DNA of 64,000 nucleotides from positions 5,371 to 69,370 of the forward strand of contig CAZZCA010000008.1 in the NCBI GenBank assembly GCA_964653055.1. Direction: 5' to 3'. The stretch comes from an uncultured Desulfobulbia bacterium (GTDB lineage Bacteria > Desulfobacterota > Desulfobulbia > Desulfobulbales > SURF-16). The notes below the pieces were generated by a model. That model made no database searches and had not been told where the DNA came from. It saw nothing but the letters and a program-made list of their open reading frames with translations. This document shows, in pieces, positions 20,326 through 30,580 of the stretch (its first letter is position 1; the number at the start of each line of letters is the position of its first letter). Position numbers and translations under genes: made by a program.

Positions 20326-20787
20326 TTATCCTCCGGCCAGATCAGCTGCCGATGCGGTTATGGACAGCAGATCCTCTCTGCTTTCGGCTTTAAGCAGGTT
20401 GTTTCGGGTTTCCGGTTCTTTTAGAAAGCGGGAAAGCTGGGCCAGGCATTTCAGGTATGAGGATGTGGACGAGGTCGGTGCCAGCAGCAGGAAGAAAAGA
20501 TGAACCGGCTTATTGTCATGGGCGTCAAAAGGGATCCCCTTGTGGCTGCGACCGAAACATATTTCTATCTGGTTAAGGCTGGCTATTTTGCCGTGGGGAA
20601 TGGCGATGCCGTTGCCTATTCCGGTGGAGCCCAGCTCTTCCCGTTCAAGGATGATCTGCATTAATTCGTCAGAATCAACGCCAATGGCAGCGGAGGAAAC
20701 CATGGCTGCTAACTCCCGGAGGACTTCGTCCCTGTTGCTGGCCTTGAGGTCGGCTGCGATCCGGTTTTTGTCGAGGTTATGGATCAT
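20326..20787 (-). CDS. ptsN: PTS IIA(Ntr)
   Basis: REELGSTGIGNGIAIPH, FDAHDNKPVHLFFLL. Confidence 0.93.
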   Translation of the reverse strand: MIHNLDKNRIAADLKASNRDEVLRELAAMVSSAAIGVDSDELMQIILEREELGSTGIGNGIAIPHGKIASLNQIEICFGRSHKGIPFDAHDNKPVHLFFLLLAPTSSTSSYLKCLAQLSRFLKEPETRNNLLKAESREDLLSITASAADLAGG

Positions 20788-20789
20788 GA

Positions 20790-22232
20790 TCAGGTCAGCT
20801 TGGGTCGTTTGCGGTATTTGGATGACAATATACCAAGTTGTTCCCGGTATTTGGCCACGGTTCTTCGGGCCAGTTTAATTTCTTCGTTTTGGAAAATATC
20901 GGCAATACTTTTGTCGCTTAATGGCCGTTCCGGATCTTCCTCCTGGATGATCTGGCGGATCCTGGCCTTGATACTCTGGGAGGAGAGGGCTTCCCCGTGT
21001 TTCTGTTCAATGGCTGAGGTAAAGAAAAATTTCAGCTCGAAGGTGCCCTGGGGGCTGTGCACGTATTTATTGGTGGTTACCCGACTGATGGTGGATTCGT
21101 GCATGTCAATGTCTTCAGCCACGTCCCGGAGAACCATGGGCCGCATATGGGTTACCCCTTTTTCAAAGAAGCTGTGTTGAAATTTAAGGATACTTTCCAC
21201 TACCTTGTAGATGGTCTGTTGTCGCTGCTGGATACTCTTGATCAGCCAGGCGGCTGATTTCAGTTTTTCCCGGATATAGTCCTTGGTGGCGTCAGCCTCG
21301 GTGGAGCTTTTCTTGAGAATTTCCCGGTAATATCTACTTATCTTCAGTCGGGGCAGTCCTTCATCGTTTAGCAGGATGACATATTCACCGTCAATTTTCT
21401 GGATGTAGACATCCGGGGTAATATAATGGGGATTTTCATCCAGATAGGCCCTTCCTGGATGGGGATCAAGGCCGGTAATGATGTTGACCGCATTAACGAT
21501 ATTTGGGATTGACTCTTTGGTCGCCTGGCCAATGGCCTTGTAATTTCTGGTCTCAAGGAGGCTCAGGTGTTCATTGACTATTTCATAGGGCAGAGTTTTT
21601 TCCAGATTGAGGCGTTTGAGCTGGAGGAGCAGGCATTCCCGCACGTCCCTGGCTCCGACTCCGGCAGGGTCCATGTCCTGGATGTCCTTTATCATCTTGC
21701 GGATGATGGATGGCTCATAGGGCAGGGCATGTTCAAGCTCTTCGCTGCTGATTTTAAGAAAGCCGTCCTGGTTAAGGTTCCCCAGGATATAGATCCCTGC
21801 CTCAAATTCATCAGGGTGGAGGTTGGCCAGGCTCAATTGCCATTGGAGGTGGCTGCGCAGAGTGGCTTTCTGGCTGAGAATGTCCAGGACGGAGGGCTGG
21901 TCATTGTTCTCCCGGGGTAGATAGGTGGAGGATGTGGAGGTTTCGTATTCATTGACATAATCGGACCAGTCAATTTCCCCCAGGGAGGACTGGGACTCCA
22001 TATTGACCTCGGCGGTCTGTTCTGTTGGTGCGGCTTCTTTCTTGTGCTCCTCTTCTCTGCCATCTGTGGGTTGTTCTTCTTCCAGCAGAGGGTTCTGTTC
22101 AATCTCCTGCTGGATGGTATCAGCCAGTTCCAGTCGGGAAAGCTGTAACAGCTTGATCGCCTGTTGCAGCTGGGGGGTCATTACCAGCTGCTGCGTCAGT
22201 TTAAGCTGTTGTCTAATTTCAAGAAAGGCCAT
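20790..22232 (-). CDS. rpoN: RNA polymerase sigma-54
   Basis: MTPQLQQAIKLLQL, MHESTISR, RpoN box ARRTVAKYRE. Confidence 0.97.
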   Translation of the reverse strand: MAFLEIRQQLKLTQQLVMTPQLQQAIKLLQLSRLELADTIQQEIEQNPLLEEEQPTDGREEEHKKEAAPTEQTAEVNMESQSSLGEIDWSDYVNEYETSTSSTYLPRENNDQPSVLDILSQKATLRSHLQWQLSLANLHPDEFEAGIYILGNLNQDGFLKISSEELEHALPYEPSIIRKMIKDIQDMDPAGVGARDVRECLLLQLKRLNLEKTLPYEIVNEHLSLLETRNYKAIGQATKESIPNIVNAVNIITGLDPHPGRAYLDENPHYITPDVYIQKIDGEYVILLNDEGLPRLKISRYYREILKKSSTEADATKDYIREKLKSAAWLIKSIQQRQQTIYKVVESILKFQHSFFEKGVTHMRPMVLRDVAEDIDMHESTISRVTTNKYVHSPQGTFELKFFFTSAIEQKHGEALSSQSIKARIRQIIQEEDPERPLSDKSIADIFQNEEIKLARRTVAKYREQLGILSSKYRKRPKLT

Positions 22233-22243
22233 TAATTAAATTC

Positions 22244-22963
22244 CTACATCATGAAGTCGTTGCCCAGATACATCTTGCGGGCAGTATCGCATTGAATAAC
22301 AGCCTCTGCATCACCTTCGCTGAGGATTCGGCCGTTACTGACAATATATGCGTAATCACAGACACTTAATGTCTCGCGGACATTATGGTCCGAGATCAGG
22401 ATGCCCAGACCTTTGTGTTTCAGGTCACGGATGATCAGCTGGAGATCAGCCACTGCCAGGGGGTCGATACCGGCAAAAGGCTCGTCCAGGAGGATGAAGT
22501 CCGGGTTAATGGCCAGGGCCCGCATGATTTCCACCCGGCGTCGTTCGCCGCCGGACAGGCCATAGCCTTTGTTGTTGGCCAGGTGCTCAAGCTTTAAGTC
22601 CGCCATTAATTTTGCCGTTCGCTCTTTGATCAGGTTTTCTTTAACTCCCAGGGGTTCGAGAATGATCCGGACATTTTCCTCAACCGTTAATTTGCGGAAG
22701 ATGGAAGGTTCCTGGGCCAGATAGGAGATACCCCTGGCCGCCCGTTTATAAACCGGCAGCGAGGTGATGTCTTTATTGTTAAGGACAATCTGGCCGGAAT
22801 CTGGCCGGACAAAGCCGGCAATAGAATAGAAGGTGGTGGTCTTGCCCGCTCCGTTTGGCCCCAGAAGCCCGGTTATCTGTCCCTTGCTCACCTTGACATT
22901 GATGCCGTCCACCACTCGGCGGCCACCGTATGACTTGGTTATGTTGCGGGTTTCCAGGATCAT
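22244..22963 (-). CDS. lptB: LPS export ABC ATPase
   Basis: GLLGPNGAGKTT, YLAQEPSIFRKL, LSGGERRRVEI, ISDHNVRETL. Confidence 0.96.
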   Translation of the reverse strand: MILETRNITKSYGGRRVVDGINVKVSKGQITGLLGPNGAGKTTTFYSIAGFVRPDSGQIVLNNKDITSLPVYKRAARGISYLAQEPSIFRKLTVEENVRIILEPLGVKENLIKERTAKLMADLKLEHLANNKGYGLSGGERRRVEIMRALAINPDFILLDEPFAGIDPLAVADLQLIIRDLKHKGLGILISDHNVRETLSVCDYAYIVSNGRILSEGDAEAVIQCDTARKMYLGNDFMM

Positions 22964-22966
22964 GGG

Positions 22967-23572
22967 CTATTTGTCGGCATCGGGGTAGAAGAAGGCCTTT
23001 ACCCGGCCCCCTTCTTTTTGCCCTGATTCAATAATGGTGGTATTTTTGGTGAGATCCAGGAGGATCTGGTCGCCGGTAACCAGATTGTTATTATGCCATA
23101 CCTTGGTGTTGCCCATGAGCAGGGCCTGATTGGTGCTGGCCTGGTATTCCAGCTTATTGCCGGTGGCGATTAATTCATCTTTGACGATCTCCACCTTACC
23201 CTGGGCATGGATCTTGTTGATCTGCTGGCCCGGTTTTTTGTTCTTGCTGTTGGTGCGGTGGAAGACGGTCATGGTGGCTGCCCGGATGGTCAGGGGCCCC
23301 TGTCTGGCCTCGACTTTGCCGCTGAAGGTGACCGTGTTTTTCTTCTGGTCGGAGACCATGCGGTCGGCCTCAATATGGATGGGCTCCTGTCCTTTTACCT
23401 GGGCCATGGCTGTAGTGGTCAGGAGAAAGGTGACAAGGACCAGGGCATGCGGGATCGTTATCAAAAAACGGCGGCAGTGGTTAAGGCAGGCTGAAGAGAT
23501 AATGGTCATTAAGAATGATACCTTTATGGGTTCCTGGTTGTTGGTTTTAATGATCAATCTGCTCAGGTCCAA
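22967..23572 (-). CDS. lptA: LPS transport periplasmic protein (start may be ATG 23509)
   Basis: PIHIEADRM, VTFSGKVEARQG, GDQILLDL, GRVKAFF; directly upstream of lptB. Confidence 0.88.
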   Translation of the reverse strand: MDLSRLIIKTNNQEPIKVSFLMTIISSACLNHCRRFLITIPHALVLVTFLLTTTAMAQVKGQEPIHIEADRMVSDQKKNTVTFSGKVEARQGPLTIRAATMTVFHRTNSKNKKPGQQINKIHAQGKVEIVKDELIATGNKLEYQASTNQALLMGNTKVWHNNNLVTGDQILLDLTKNTTIIESGQKEGGRVKAFFYPDADK

Positions 23573-23752
23573 TTAAGGCTCTGATTAACCAATCATACAG
23601 AGTGGGTTGGTCAAAGTAAAGAGCGAAGGCGCAATTATTGCATAAGTGCCTTTTCTCCGGTCTTTTTCTTTGCGTACTTGCTGGCTATGGGGTAAAACTG
23701 GAGGGAATCAGGTTGGCAGATTCGGCCTGCTGGCTTTTGTTAATAATTAATT

Positions 23753-24646
23753 ATGGAAAAAATTATGCGGACAGGTTTGGAAAAGGCCAATATCCTTATT
23801 GAATCACTGCCATATATCAAGGAGTTCTATAAAAAGACAGTGGTGATCAAATATGGCGGTCATGCCATGGTTGATGATGAGCTTAAGAAGAATTTTGCCC
23901 TTGATATAATCCTGATGAAATATATAGGGATCAATCCGGTGATCGTCCATGGTGGCGGCCCTCAGATAAATCAATTCCTTAAGAAGATGAATATCCAATC
24001 TGATTATATTCAGGGGATGCGGGTTACTGACGGCGAGACCATGGATGTGGTGGAGATGGTTCTGGTGGGAAAGGTCAATAAGGAGATTGTTGGTCTGATT
24101 AATTATCATGGCGGCCGGGCCATCGGTCTGTCCGGCCGGGATGGTGATCTGATCCAGGCTAAAAAAATGAAAGTAATGAAGAGTCTGGTGGAGAACGCTC
24201 CGCCGGAGCTTATTGATCTTGGTCGGGTGGGCAGTGTGACCAGGGTTAACCCTGAAGTTCTGGTAACCCTGGACAGTCAGGATTTTATTCCGGTTATCGC
24301 CCCGGTGGGGGTTGGTGAGGATGGCGGTTCATATAATATCAATGCCGATCTGGTTGCCGGGGCGGTGGCCGCTGAGCTCCAGGCTGAAAAATTGGTGCTG
24401 CTTACTGATGTGGAAGGGGTAATGGACCAGGACAATAAACTGGTCAGTTCCATGAGAAGCGATGAGGTTGACAGGATGATCGAGGACGAGGTGGTGTCCG
24501 GCGGGATGATCCCCAAGGTTAAATGCGGTCAGGATGCGGTTGGTCGCGGTGTGCGCAAGGCCCATATAATTGACGGCCGGATTCCCCATGCCTTGCTTCT
24601 GGAGATATTTACCCGGGAAGGGGTTGGAACTGAGATAACCTCCTGA
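23753..24646 (+). CDS. argB: Acetylglutamate kinase
   Basis: [35 protein letters not shown]. Confidence 0.97.
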   Translation: MEKIMRTGLEKANILIESLPYIKEFYKKTVVIKYGGHAMVDDELKKNFALDIILMKYIGINPVIVHGGGPQINQFLKKMNIQSDYIQGMRVTDGETMDVVEMVLVGKVNKEIVGLINYHGGRAIGLSGRDGDLIQAKKMKVMKSLVENAPPELIDLGRVGSVTRVNPEVLVTLDSQDFIPVIAPVGVGEDGGSYNINADLVAGAVAAELQAEKLVLLTDVEGVMDQDNKLVSSMRSDEVDRMIEDEVVSGGMIPKVKCGQDAVGRGVRKAHIIDGRIPHALLLEIFTREGVGTEITS

Positions 24647-24660
24647 TTGACAGATGAGGG

Positions 24661-25860
24661 TTGGATATAATGGATATTATTAAGCGAAGTGACGCGGTTT
24701 TTGCTAATACCTACGGCCGTTATCCGGTGGTGATGGAGAAGGGTTCTGGCTGTATTTTATATGATATTGAAGGGCGGGAGTATCTTGATTTTGTCTCAGG
24801 CATTGCAGTTTGCAGCCTGGGTCATTGTCATCCGGAGGTTACTGCGGCTATCTGTGATCAGGCCGGGCGTCTGCTCCATGTGTCAAATTTATACTATACC
24901 CTGCCCCAGACCGAGCTGGCCGAGATGCTGGTGGCTAATTCCTTTGCCGATAAGGTCTTTATGGCCAACAGCGGGGCCGAGGTCAATGAGGCGGCAATTA
25001 AACTGGCCCGTAAATACGGTGGCCCGCATCGTTATGAGATTGTTTCCCTGGAAGGTTCCTTTCATGGCCGTACTCTGGCAACGGTGGCGGCAACCGGCCA
25101 GCCCAAATTCCATCAGGGGTTTGAGCCCCTGCCCGCTGGTTTCAAACATGCCCCTCTGGGTGATCTGGAGGCGGTTAAGGGCATGATCAACGACCAGACC
25201 TGTGCCATCCTCTGTGAGCCTCTGCAGGGGGAGGGCGGTGTTCGGCCTCTTGCCCAGGAGTTTTTTCAGGGTCTGCGGGATCTCTGTGATCAGCACGACC
25301 TGGCCCTTATTCTGGATGAGGTCCAGGTGGGCATGGGACGAACCGGCACCCTTTTTGCCCATGAACAATACGGGGTTACTCCGGATATCCTGACCTCGGC
25401 CAAGGCTCTTGGCAATGGGCTTCCCATTGGCGCCATGCTGGCAACCGATAAGGTGGCGGCCTCTTTTATGCCCGGAGACCATGCCTCCACCTTTGGCGGT
25501 AATCCGGTGGCAAGTGCGGCAGCAGTGGCAACCTTGAAGATTATGCTGGCAGACGGGTTTTTGGATGATGTCGCAGCCAGGGGTGTTTATCTTGCCGGTC
25601 GTCTCCATGAGCTGGTTCATAAATTCCCCAACCTGGCAACCGGGGTCAGGGGGATGGGTCTGATCCAGGGACTGGTCCTCAGTGAAACCGGTGCTGCCCA
25701 GGGGGTGGAGATGGTCAACGCCCTGCTTGAGCGCGGTGTTCTTTTGAATTTTGCCGGCGGTGTTGCCCTGCGCTGCATTCCGCCCCTGGTGGTGAGCCGT
25801 GAGCAGATTGACACCCTGATTGAGACCATGGCTGAAGTGCTGGCCGGTTTTGACCGGTGA
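24661..25860 (+). CDS. argD: Acetylornithine aminotransferase
   Basis: DFVSGIAVCSLGH, SFHGRT, EPLQGEGG, DEVQVGMGRTG, AKALGNG; arg operon context. Confidence 0.95.
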   Translation: MDIMDIIKRSDAVFANTYGRYPVVMEKGSGCILYDIEGREYLDFVSGIAVCSLGHCHPEVTAAICDQAGRLLHVSNLYYTLPQTELAEMLVANSFADKVFMANSGAEVNEAAIKLARKYGGPHRYEIVSLEGSFHGRTLATVAATGQPKFHQGFEPLPAGFKHAPLGDLEAVKGMINDQTCAILCEPLQGEGGVRPLAQEFFQGLRDLCDQHDLALILDEVQVGMGRTGTLFAHEQYGVTPDILTSAKALGNGLPIGAMLATDKVAASFMPGDHASTFGGNPVASAAAVATLKIMLADGFLDDVAARGVYLAGRLHELVHKFPNLATGVRGMGLIQGLVLSETGAAQGVEMVNALLERGVLLNFAGGVALRCIPPLVVSREQIDTLIETMAEVLAGFDR

Positions 25861-25992
25861 AAATGCTTTCCAAAAGGCTTGTTTTTTTGTAATAATTAAT
25901 ATTTTTCTTTGATTTATGTCACCGGTCAACCCTTAACCTGACGACTTCAGGGTTCAGGCCCATGATGAAAACGTGAAAATCTGGATAGGATA

Positions 25993-26907
25993 ATGAAAAA
26001 ACATCTCCTTGCCCTTTGGGATTTTAATCGGGAAGAGCTTGCCGCTTATATCGGGCGGGCCATGGAACTTAAGCAGGAATCTCAAAGCGGGGTTTCCCAT
26101 CAGCAATTGGCCGGTAAGGTCGTTGGGATGATTTTTGAGAAACCATCCACTAGGACCCGGGTTTCTTTTGAGTCGGCCATGTATGGGTTGGGGGGACAGG
26201 TTATTTATCTCTCCGGCCGGGACACCCAGCTTGCCCGGAATGAACCCTTGAAAGATATGGCCCGGGTAATGGCCCGTTATGTCGATGCCGTGGTGGTTCG
26301 AACCTTTGGTCAGGACATTGTTGATGAGCTGGCCCGCTATTCCTCGGTGCCGGTGATTAACGCCCTGACCGATCTCTTCCACCCCTGCCAGATTCTTAGT
26401 GATATCATGACCGTGGTGGAGAATAAGGGGCCCATTGGGAAGCTGAAGATCGCCTGGGTGGGTGATGGTAATAATATGGCCAATACCTGGATTCAGGCGG
26501 CCAGTCGTCTTGGCTTTGAGTTAATTCTCGCCTGCCCCGAGGGGTATGATCCTGATCCGGGTATTATGGAAAAGGCCAGGGCCGAGGCCGTGCTGCCCAT
26601 TACCCTGGTTCGTGACCCCCAGGATGCGGTGGCTGAGGCAGATGTAGTTAATTGTGATGTTTGGGCCTCCATGGGCCAGGAAAGTGAAGCAGAAGAACGG
26701 CTGGCGATTTTTCAGCCTTATCAGGTAAATCGCAGTCTGTTGGCGGCGGCTCCGGATGATATCATCGTTCTTCATTGTCTGCCTGCTCATCGGGGCGAGG
26801 AGATCAGTGATGCGGTGCTTGAGGGTGACAAATGCGTTGCCTTTGATCAGGCGGAAAACAAGATGCATATCCATAAGGCAATTCTGGAAAAACATATTCT
26901 CAGGTAG
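25993..26907 (+). CDS. argF: Ornithine carbamoyltransferase
   Basis: FEKPSTRTRVSF, HPCQ, HCLPAHRGEE. Confidence 0.97.
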   Translation: MKKHLLALWDFNREELAAYIGRAMELKQESQSGVSHQQLAGKVVGMIFEKPSTRTRVSFESAMYGLGGQVIYLSGRDTQLARNEPLKDMARVMARYVDAVVVRTFGQDIVDELARYSSVPVINALTDLFHPCQILSDIMTVVENKGPIGKLKIAWVGDGNNMANTWIQAASRLGFELILACPEGYDPDPGIMEKARAEAVLPITLVRDPQDAVAEADVVNCDVWASMGQESEAEERLAIFQPYQVNRSLLAAAPDDIIVLHCLPAHRGEEISDAVLEGDKCVAFDQAENKMHIHKAILEKHILR

Positions 26908-26916
26908 GATTAATAA

Positions 26917-28125
26917 ATGGCAACAGATATAAAAAAGATAATTCTGGCATACTCCGGTGGTCTTGATACCTCGGTTATTTTACGTTGGCTCAAAGAGGAA
27001 TATCAATGCCCGGTGGTGGCCTATGCTGCTGATGTCGGTCAGAAAGAAGACTGGGATCAGGTTCGGGCCAAGGGTATGGCCACAGGAGCGGAAAAGGTTA
27101 TTATTTCCGACCTGAAAGAGGAGTTTGCCCGGGATTATATTTTCCCGGCCTTTCGCGCCAATGCCATTTATGAGGGATCTTACCTCCTCGGGACCTCTCT
27201 GGCCCGGCCGATTATTGCCAAGGAGCAGGTTCGGATCGCCGAGGTTGAGGGCGGGGATGCGGTGAGCCATGGGGCAACCGGCAAGGGTAACGATCAGGTT
27301 CGGTTCGAGATGGGTTATCTTGCCCTTAATCCGCGATTGACCATTATCGCACCCTGGCGGACCTGGGACCTTAATTCCCGGACCAAGCTCATGGCCTATG
27401 CGGAAAAATATGACATTCCCATCCCAGTGACCAAGAAGAACCCCTATAGCTCTGATGAGAACCTTCTCCATATCAGTTTTGAGGGCGGGATTCTGGAAGA
27501 TCCATGGAACGAGCCGGAGGAGAGCATGTTCAAGCTCAGTCGTTCGCCGGAGGATGCTCCGGATACTCCCACCTATATTGAAATGGAGTTTAGAAACGGT
27601 GACCCGGTAGCCATTGACGGGGAGGAATTATCACCTGCCGCCATGATGACCCGGCTTAATAAACTGGGAGGGGCAAATGGTATCGGTCGACTCGATATGG
27701 TGGAGAATCGTTTTGTCGGGATGAAGTCCCGGGGGGTTTATGAAACTCCCGGTGGCACTATTCTTCGGGCAGCCCACCGTGACCTGGAAACCATTACCCT
27801 TGACCGGGAAGTGATGAAGATCCGGGACAGCCTGATTCCCCGTTACGCTGATCTTATTTATAACGGGTTCTGGTTCTCGCCGGAGATGGAGCTCCTGCAG
27901 CAGACCATGGATACCGCCCAGACAACGGTTAATGGCTTTGTCCGGATGAAACTCTATAAGGGAAATTGTATCCCCGTGGCTCGCAAATCAGACCAGTCTC
28001 TCTATCAGGAGAGTTTTGCAACCTTTGAAGAGGATGAGGTTTATACCCAGTCTGATGCCGCGGGTTTTATCCGCTTAAACGCCCTGCGCATGACCATGCA
28101 GGCCCTGGCTCAGGGTAAGAAGTAA
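26917..28125 (+). CDS. argG: Argininosuccinate synthase
   Basis: [35 protein letters not shown]. Confidence 0.97.
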   Translation: MATDIKKIILAYSGGLDTSVILRWLKEEYQCPVVAYAADVGQKEDWDQVRAKGMATGAEKVIISDLKEEFARDYIFPAFRANAIYEGSYLLGTSLARPIIAKEQVRIAEVEGGDAVSHGATGKGNDQVRFEMGYLALNPRLTIIAPWRTWDLNSRTKLMAYAEKYDIPIPVTKKNPYSSDENLLHISFEGGILEDPWNEPEESMFKLSRSPEDAPDTPTYIEMEFRNGDPVAIDGEELSPAAMMTRLNKLGGANGIGRLDMVENRFVGMKSRGVYETPGGTILRAAHRDLETITLDREVMKIRDSLIPRYADLIYNGFWFSPEMELLQQTMDTAQTTVNGFVRMKLYKGNCIPVARKSDQSLYQESFATFEEDEVYTQSDAAGFIRLNALRMTMQALAQGKK

Positions 28126-28142
28126 AAAGACGGGGGATTGAT

Positions 28143-29543
28143 TTGAAAGAGCAGGATAAAGCTGCAGCCAAGCCATGGGGCGGTCGTTTTGCCGAAAAAA
28201 CCGCAGCCTCGGTGGAGGCCTTTACCGCTTCGGTTCATTACGATTGCCGTCTCTACCGGCAGGACATTGCCGGCAGCCGGGCCCATGCCAAGATGCTGGC
28301 AAAACAGGGTCTGATCACCGACGATGAGCTGGCTCAGATAATAGAAGGGCTTACTGCCATTGAGCAGGACATTGAGGCCGGTCGTTTTGAGTTCAAGGCT
28401 GAGCTGGAAGATGTTCATATGAATATCGAAAAGGCCCTAACCGACCGGATCGGCTCGGCCGGGGCCAGGCTCCATACGGCCCGAAGCCGTAATGATCAGG
28501 TCGCCCTTGATGTCCGGCTCTATCTCCGGGACGAAACCGAGCGCCTCATGGACCTGCTTGCGGAAGTGCAGAAGGTTTTTGTTCGCCTTGCCCGTCGTTA
28601 TCTCGGTGCGGTGATGCCCGGCTATACTCATCTCCAGCGGGCCCAGCCCCTTCTCCTGTCTCACCATCTTCTGGCCTATTACGAGATGTTTGGCCGTGAT
28701 CGGCAGCGTCTGGCTGAAGGCTATAAGCGGATCAATGTCCTGCCCCTGGGGGCCGCTGCTCTGGCTGGCACCGGCCTGCCCATTGACCGGGAATTTGTTG
28801 CCCGGGAGCTGGGTTTTGCCAAGGTTTCGGCCAATAGTATGGATACCGTGGCAGACCGCGACTTTATTATTGAGACCATGTCTAACTGTACCCTGATCCA
28901 GCTTCATCTCAGCAGGCTGGCCGAGGAGCTGGTTCTCTGGTCCAGTGAGGAGTTTGGGTTTATCGAGCTGGCGGATAGTTTCTGTACCGGCAGTTCCATT
29001 ATGCCCCAGAAAAAAAATCCGGATATCCCTGAGCTGATTCGGGGTAAGAGTGGTCGGGTAACCGGCAACCTCATGGCCCTGATCACCATGGTTAAAGGTC
29101 TGCCCCTGACCTATAACCGCGATCTGCAGGAAGACAAGGAACCGCTTTTTGATACCCTGGATACGGTGACTCAGGAGCTGGCCATTACCGCCGAGCTTCT
29201 GGTCAATTCCCGTTTCCGGACCAATCGTCTGGAAGATGCTACCCGGGCTGGTTTTATGACCGCCACTGACCTGGCAGATTACCTGGTTTTGCAGAATGTT
29301 CCTTTTCGCCAGGCCCATGAGATTGTCGGTAAAACCGTGGCCTATTGCATAGCCGAGGAAAAAGACTTGCCCGATCTTACCCTGGGGGAATTGCAGGAAT
29401 TTTCCGAGGTCATCGGGGAAGATGTTTTTGATGTCCTTACGGTTAAAGGTTCGGTGGCAAGCAGAAAATCCACCGGCGGCACTTCGGAAACCCGGGTGGC
29501 AGAGGCGTTGGCCCGGGCTGAACAGGAATTGGGGATCAGTTGA
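28143..29543 (+). CDS. argH: Argininosuccinate lyase
   Basis: WGGRF, TARSRNDQ, PGYTHLQRAQP, GSSIMPQKKNPD. Confidence 0.97.
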   Translation: MKEQDKAAAKPWGGRFAEKTAASVEAFTASVHYDCRLYRQDIAGSRAHAKMLAKQGLITDDELAQIIEGLTAIEQDIEAGRFEFKAELEDVHMNIEKALTDRIGSAGARLHTARSRNDQVALDVRLYLRDETERLMDLLAEVQKVFVRLARRYLGAVMPGYTHLQRAQPLLLSHHLLAYYEMFGRDRQRLAEGYKRINVLPLGAAALAGTGLPIDREFVARELGFAKVSANSMDTVADRDFIIETMSNCTLIQLHLSRLAEELVLWSSEEFGFIELADSFCTGSSIMPQKKNPDIPELIRGKSGRVTGNLMALITMVKGLPLTYNRDLQEDKEPLFDTLDTVTQELAITAELLVNSRFRTNRLEDATRAGFMTATDLADYLVLQNVPFRQAHEIVGKTVAYCIAEEKDLPDLTLGELQEFSEVIGEDVFDVLTVKGSVASRKSTGGTSETRVAEALARAEQELGIS

Positions 29544-30571
29544 TGGTTAAAAAAATATGTATATTGATTGGATTGCTGGTGCTGGTGATTGGCTGTGGCA
29601 AAAAAACATCGCTGGTGCCGCCGAAAGCGGCAACCCCCCGGCCAATTAATGATTTGAGCTGTGAGCTGGGTGAGAAAGGTGCGGAGTTTTCCTGGACATA
29701 TCCCGTCAAATCGGTTGCCGGGGTGGATATTGATAATATCCGCTATTTCAGGCTCTATAAGTCCATGGCAAGCGCTGATGAGTATTGTGATGACTGCCCG
29801 GTGAAATATGTCGATCTGCTTAAGGTCGAGGCAGGCAATGTCGCCCCCGGTGATACCTTGACAGTTTTTGATCCCAACCTTACTCCCAGGCATCATTACA
29901 CCTATTCAGTGGTTTCATGGTCCGGCTGGCATGACAGCCGTGGCTCAAATATTGTTTCATTCTGGTGGGATCAGCCGGCAGCAGCTCCGGCAGGTCCGCG
30001 GGTTGAGGTCGGTGACGGTTTTCTGGCCCTTAAGTGGCAACCGGTAACAAGCTATCACGACGGTTCACCCTTGGTGGAAGGGGCTCTTTATCAGGTTTTT
30101 CGCCAGGTGGCCGGGGGTGAGATGGTGGCTGTCACCGACAAGATTGATGAGCCTTTATTTGTTGATCAGGGCCTGGTAAATGACCGGAAGTATAGTTACC
30201 AGGTTAAGTCGTTTCATAAACTGGGAGAGACCCTTATCCAGGGTGGAACAAGTGAAGTGGTCAGGGCTCTTCCCAAGGACCGGACTCCGCCTCCGGTTCC
30301 CGCTCTGCTTTCGGTGGTTCGGGTTGATGAGGGGATTAAGGTTCTCTGGGATACAGTAACCGCCCCTGACCTGGCCGGCTATCGGGTTTATCGTCGGCTG
30401 CTGACTGATGATCAATGGCAGCTGGTAGGTAAGACCGGCAGCGGGGCATTTTCTTTTGTTGACCTTGACCAGAAGGCCTGTGTCCAGGGTTGCCGATACG
30501 GGGTTAGTTCGGTTGACAGCTCCCCCCAGACCAATGAAAGTGCCATGTCGCCGGAGGTTGTATTCGATTAA
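29540..30571 (+). CDS. Lipoprotein with fibronectin type III repeats (LptM/YifL-like N-terminus)
   Basis: Lipobox LVIGC followed by GKKTSLVPP; three FN3-like repeats (W...YRVYRR...YxV); CDDCP motif. Confidence 0.8.
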   Translation: MMVKKICILIGLLVLVIGCGKKTSLVPPKAATPRPINDLSCELGEKGAEFSWTYPVKSVAGVDIDNIRYFRLYKSMASADEYCDDCPVKYVDLLKVEAGNVAPGDTLTVFDPNLTPRHHYTYSVVSWSGWHDSRGSNIVSFWWDQPAAAPAGPRVEVGDGFLALKWQPVTSYHDGSPLVEGALYQVFRQVAGGEMVAVTDKIDEPLFVDQGLVNDRKYSYQVKSFHKLGETLIQGGTSEVVRALPKDRTPPPVPALLSVVRVDEGIKVLWDTVTAPDLAGYRVYRRLLTDDQWQLVGKTGSGAFSFVDLDQKACVQGCRYGVSSVDSSPQTNESAMSPEVVFD

Positions 30572-30580
30572 GGAAAATCT

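Noticed and set aside
23627-23642. Sigma54-like -24/-12 element (AGGCGC-AATTA-TTGCA) upstream of argB
   Set aside because: GG-N10-GC spacing fits, but the -24 box deviates from TGGCAC and there is no other support; it also does not fit an ARG box.
24889-25929. Long antisense ORFs (346 aa here; also 2678-3262, 12150-12785, 28437-29318, 30155-30979, 31019-31762, 33629-34687, 53193-53789, 62673-63308)
   Set aside because: Each lies opposite a well-conserved gene, has no motifs or RBS, and is explained by codon bias suppressing antisense stops.
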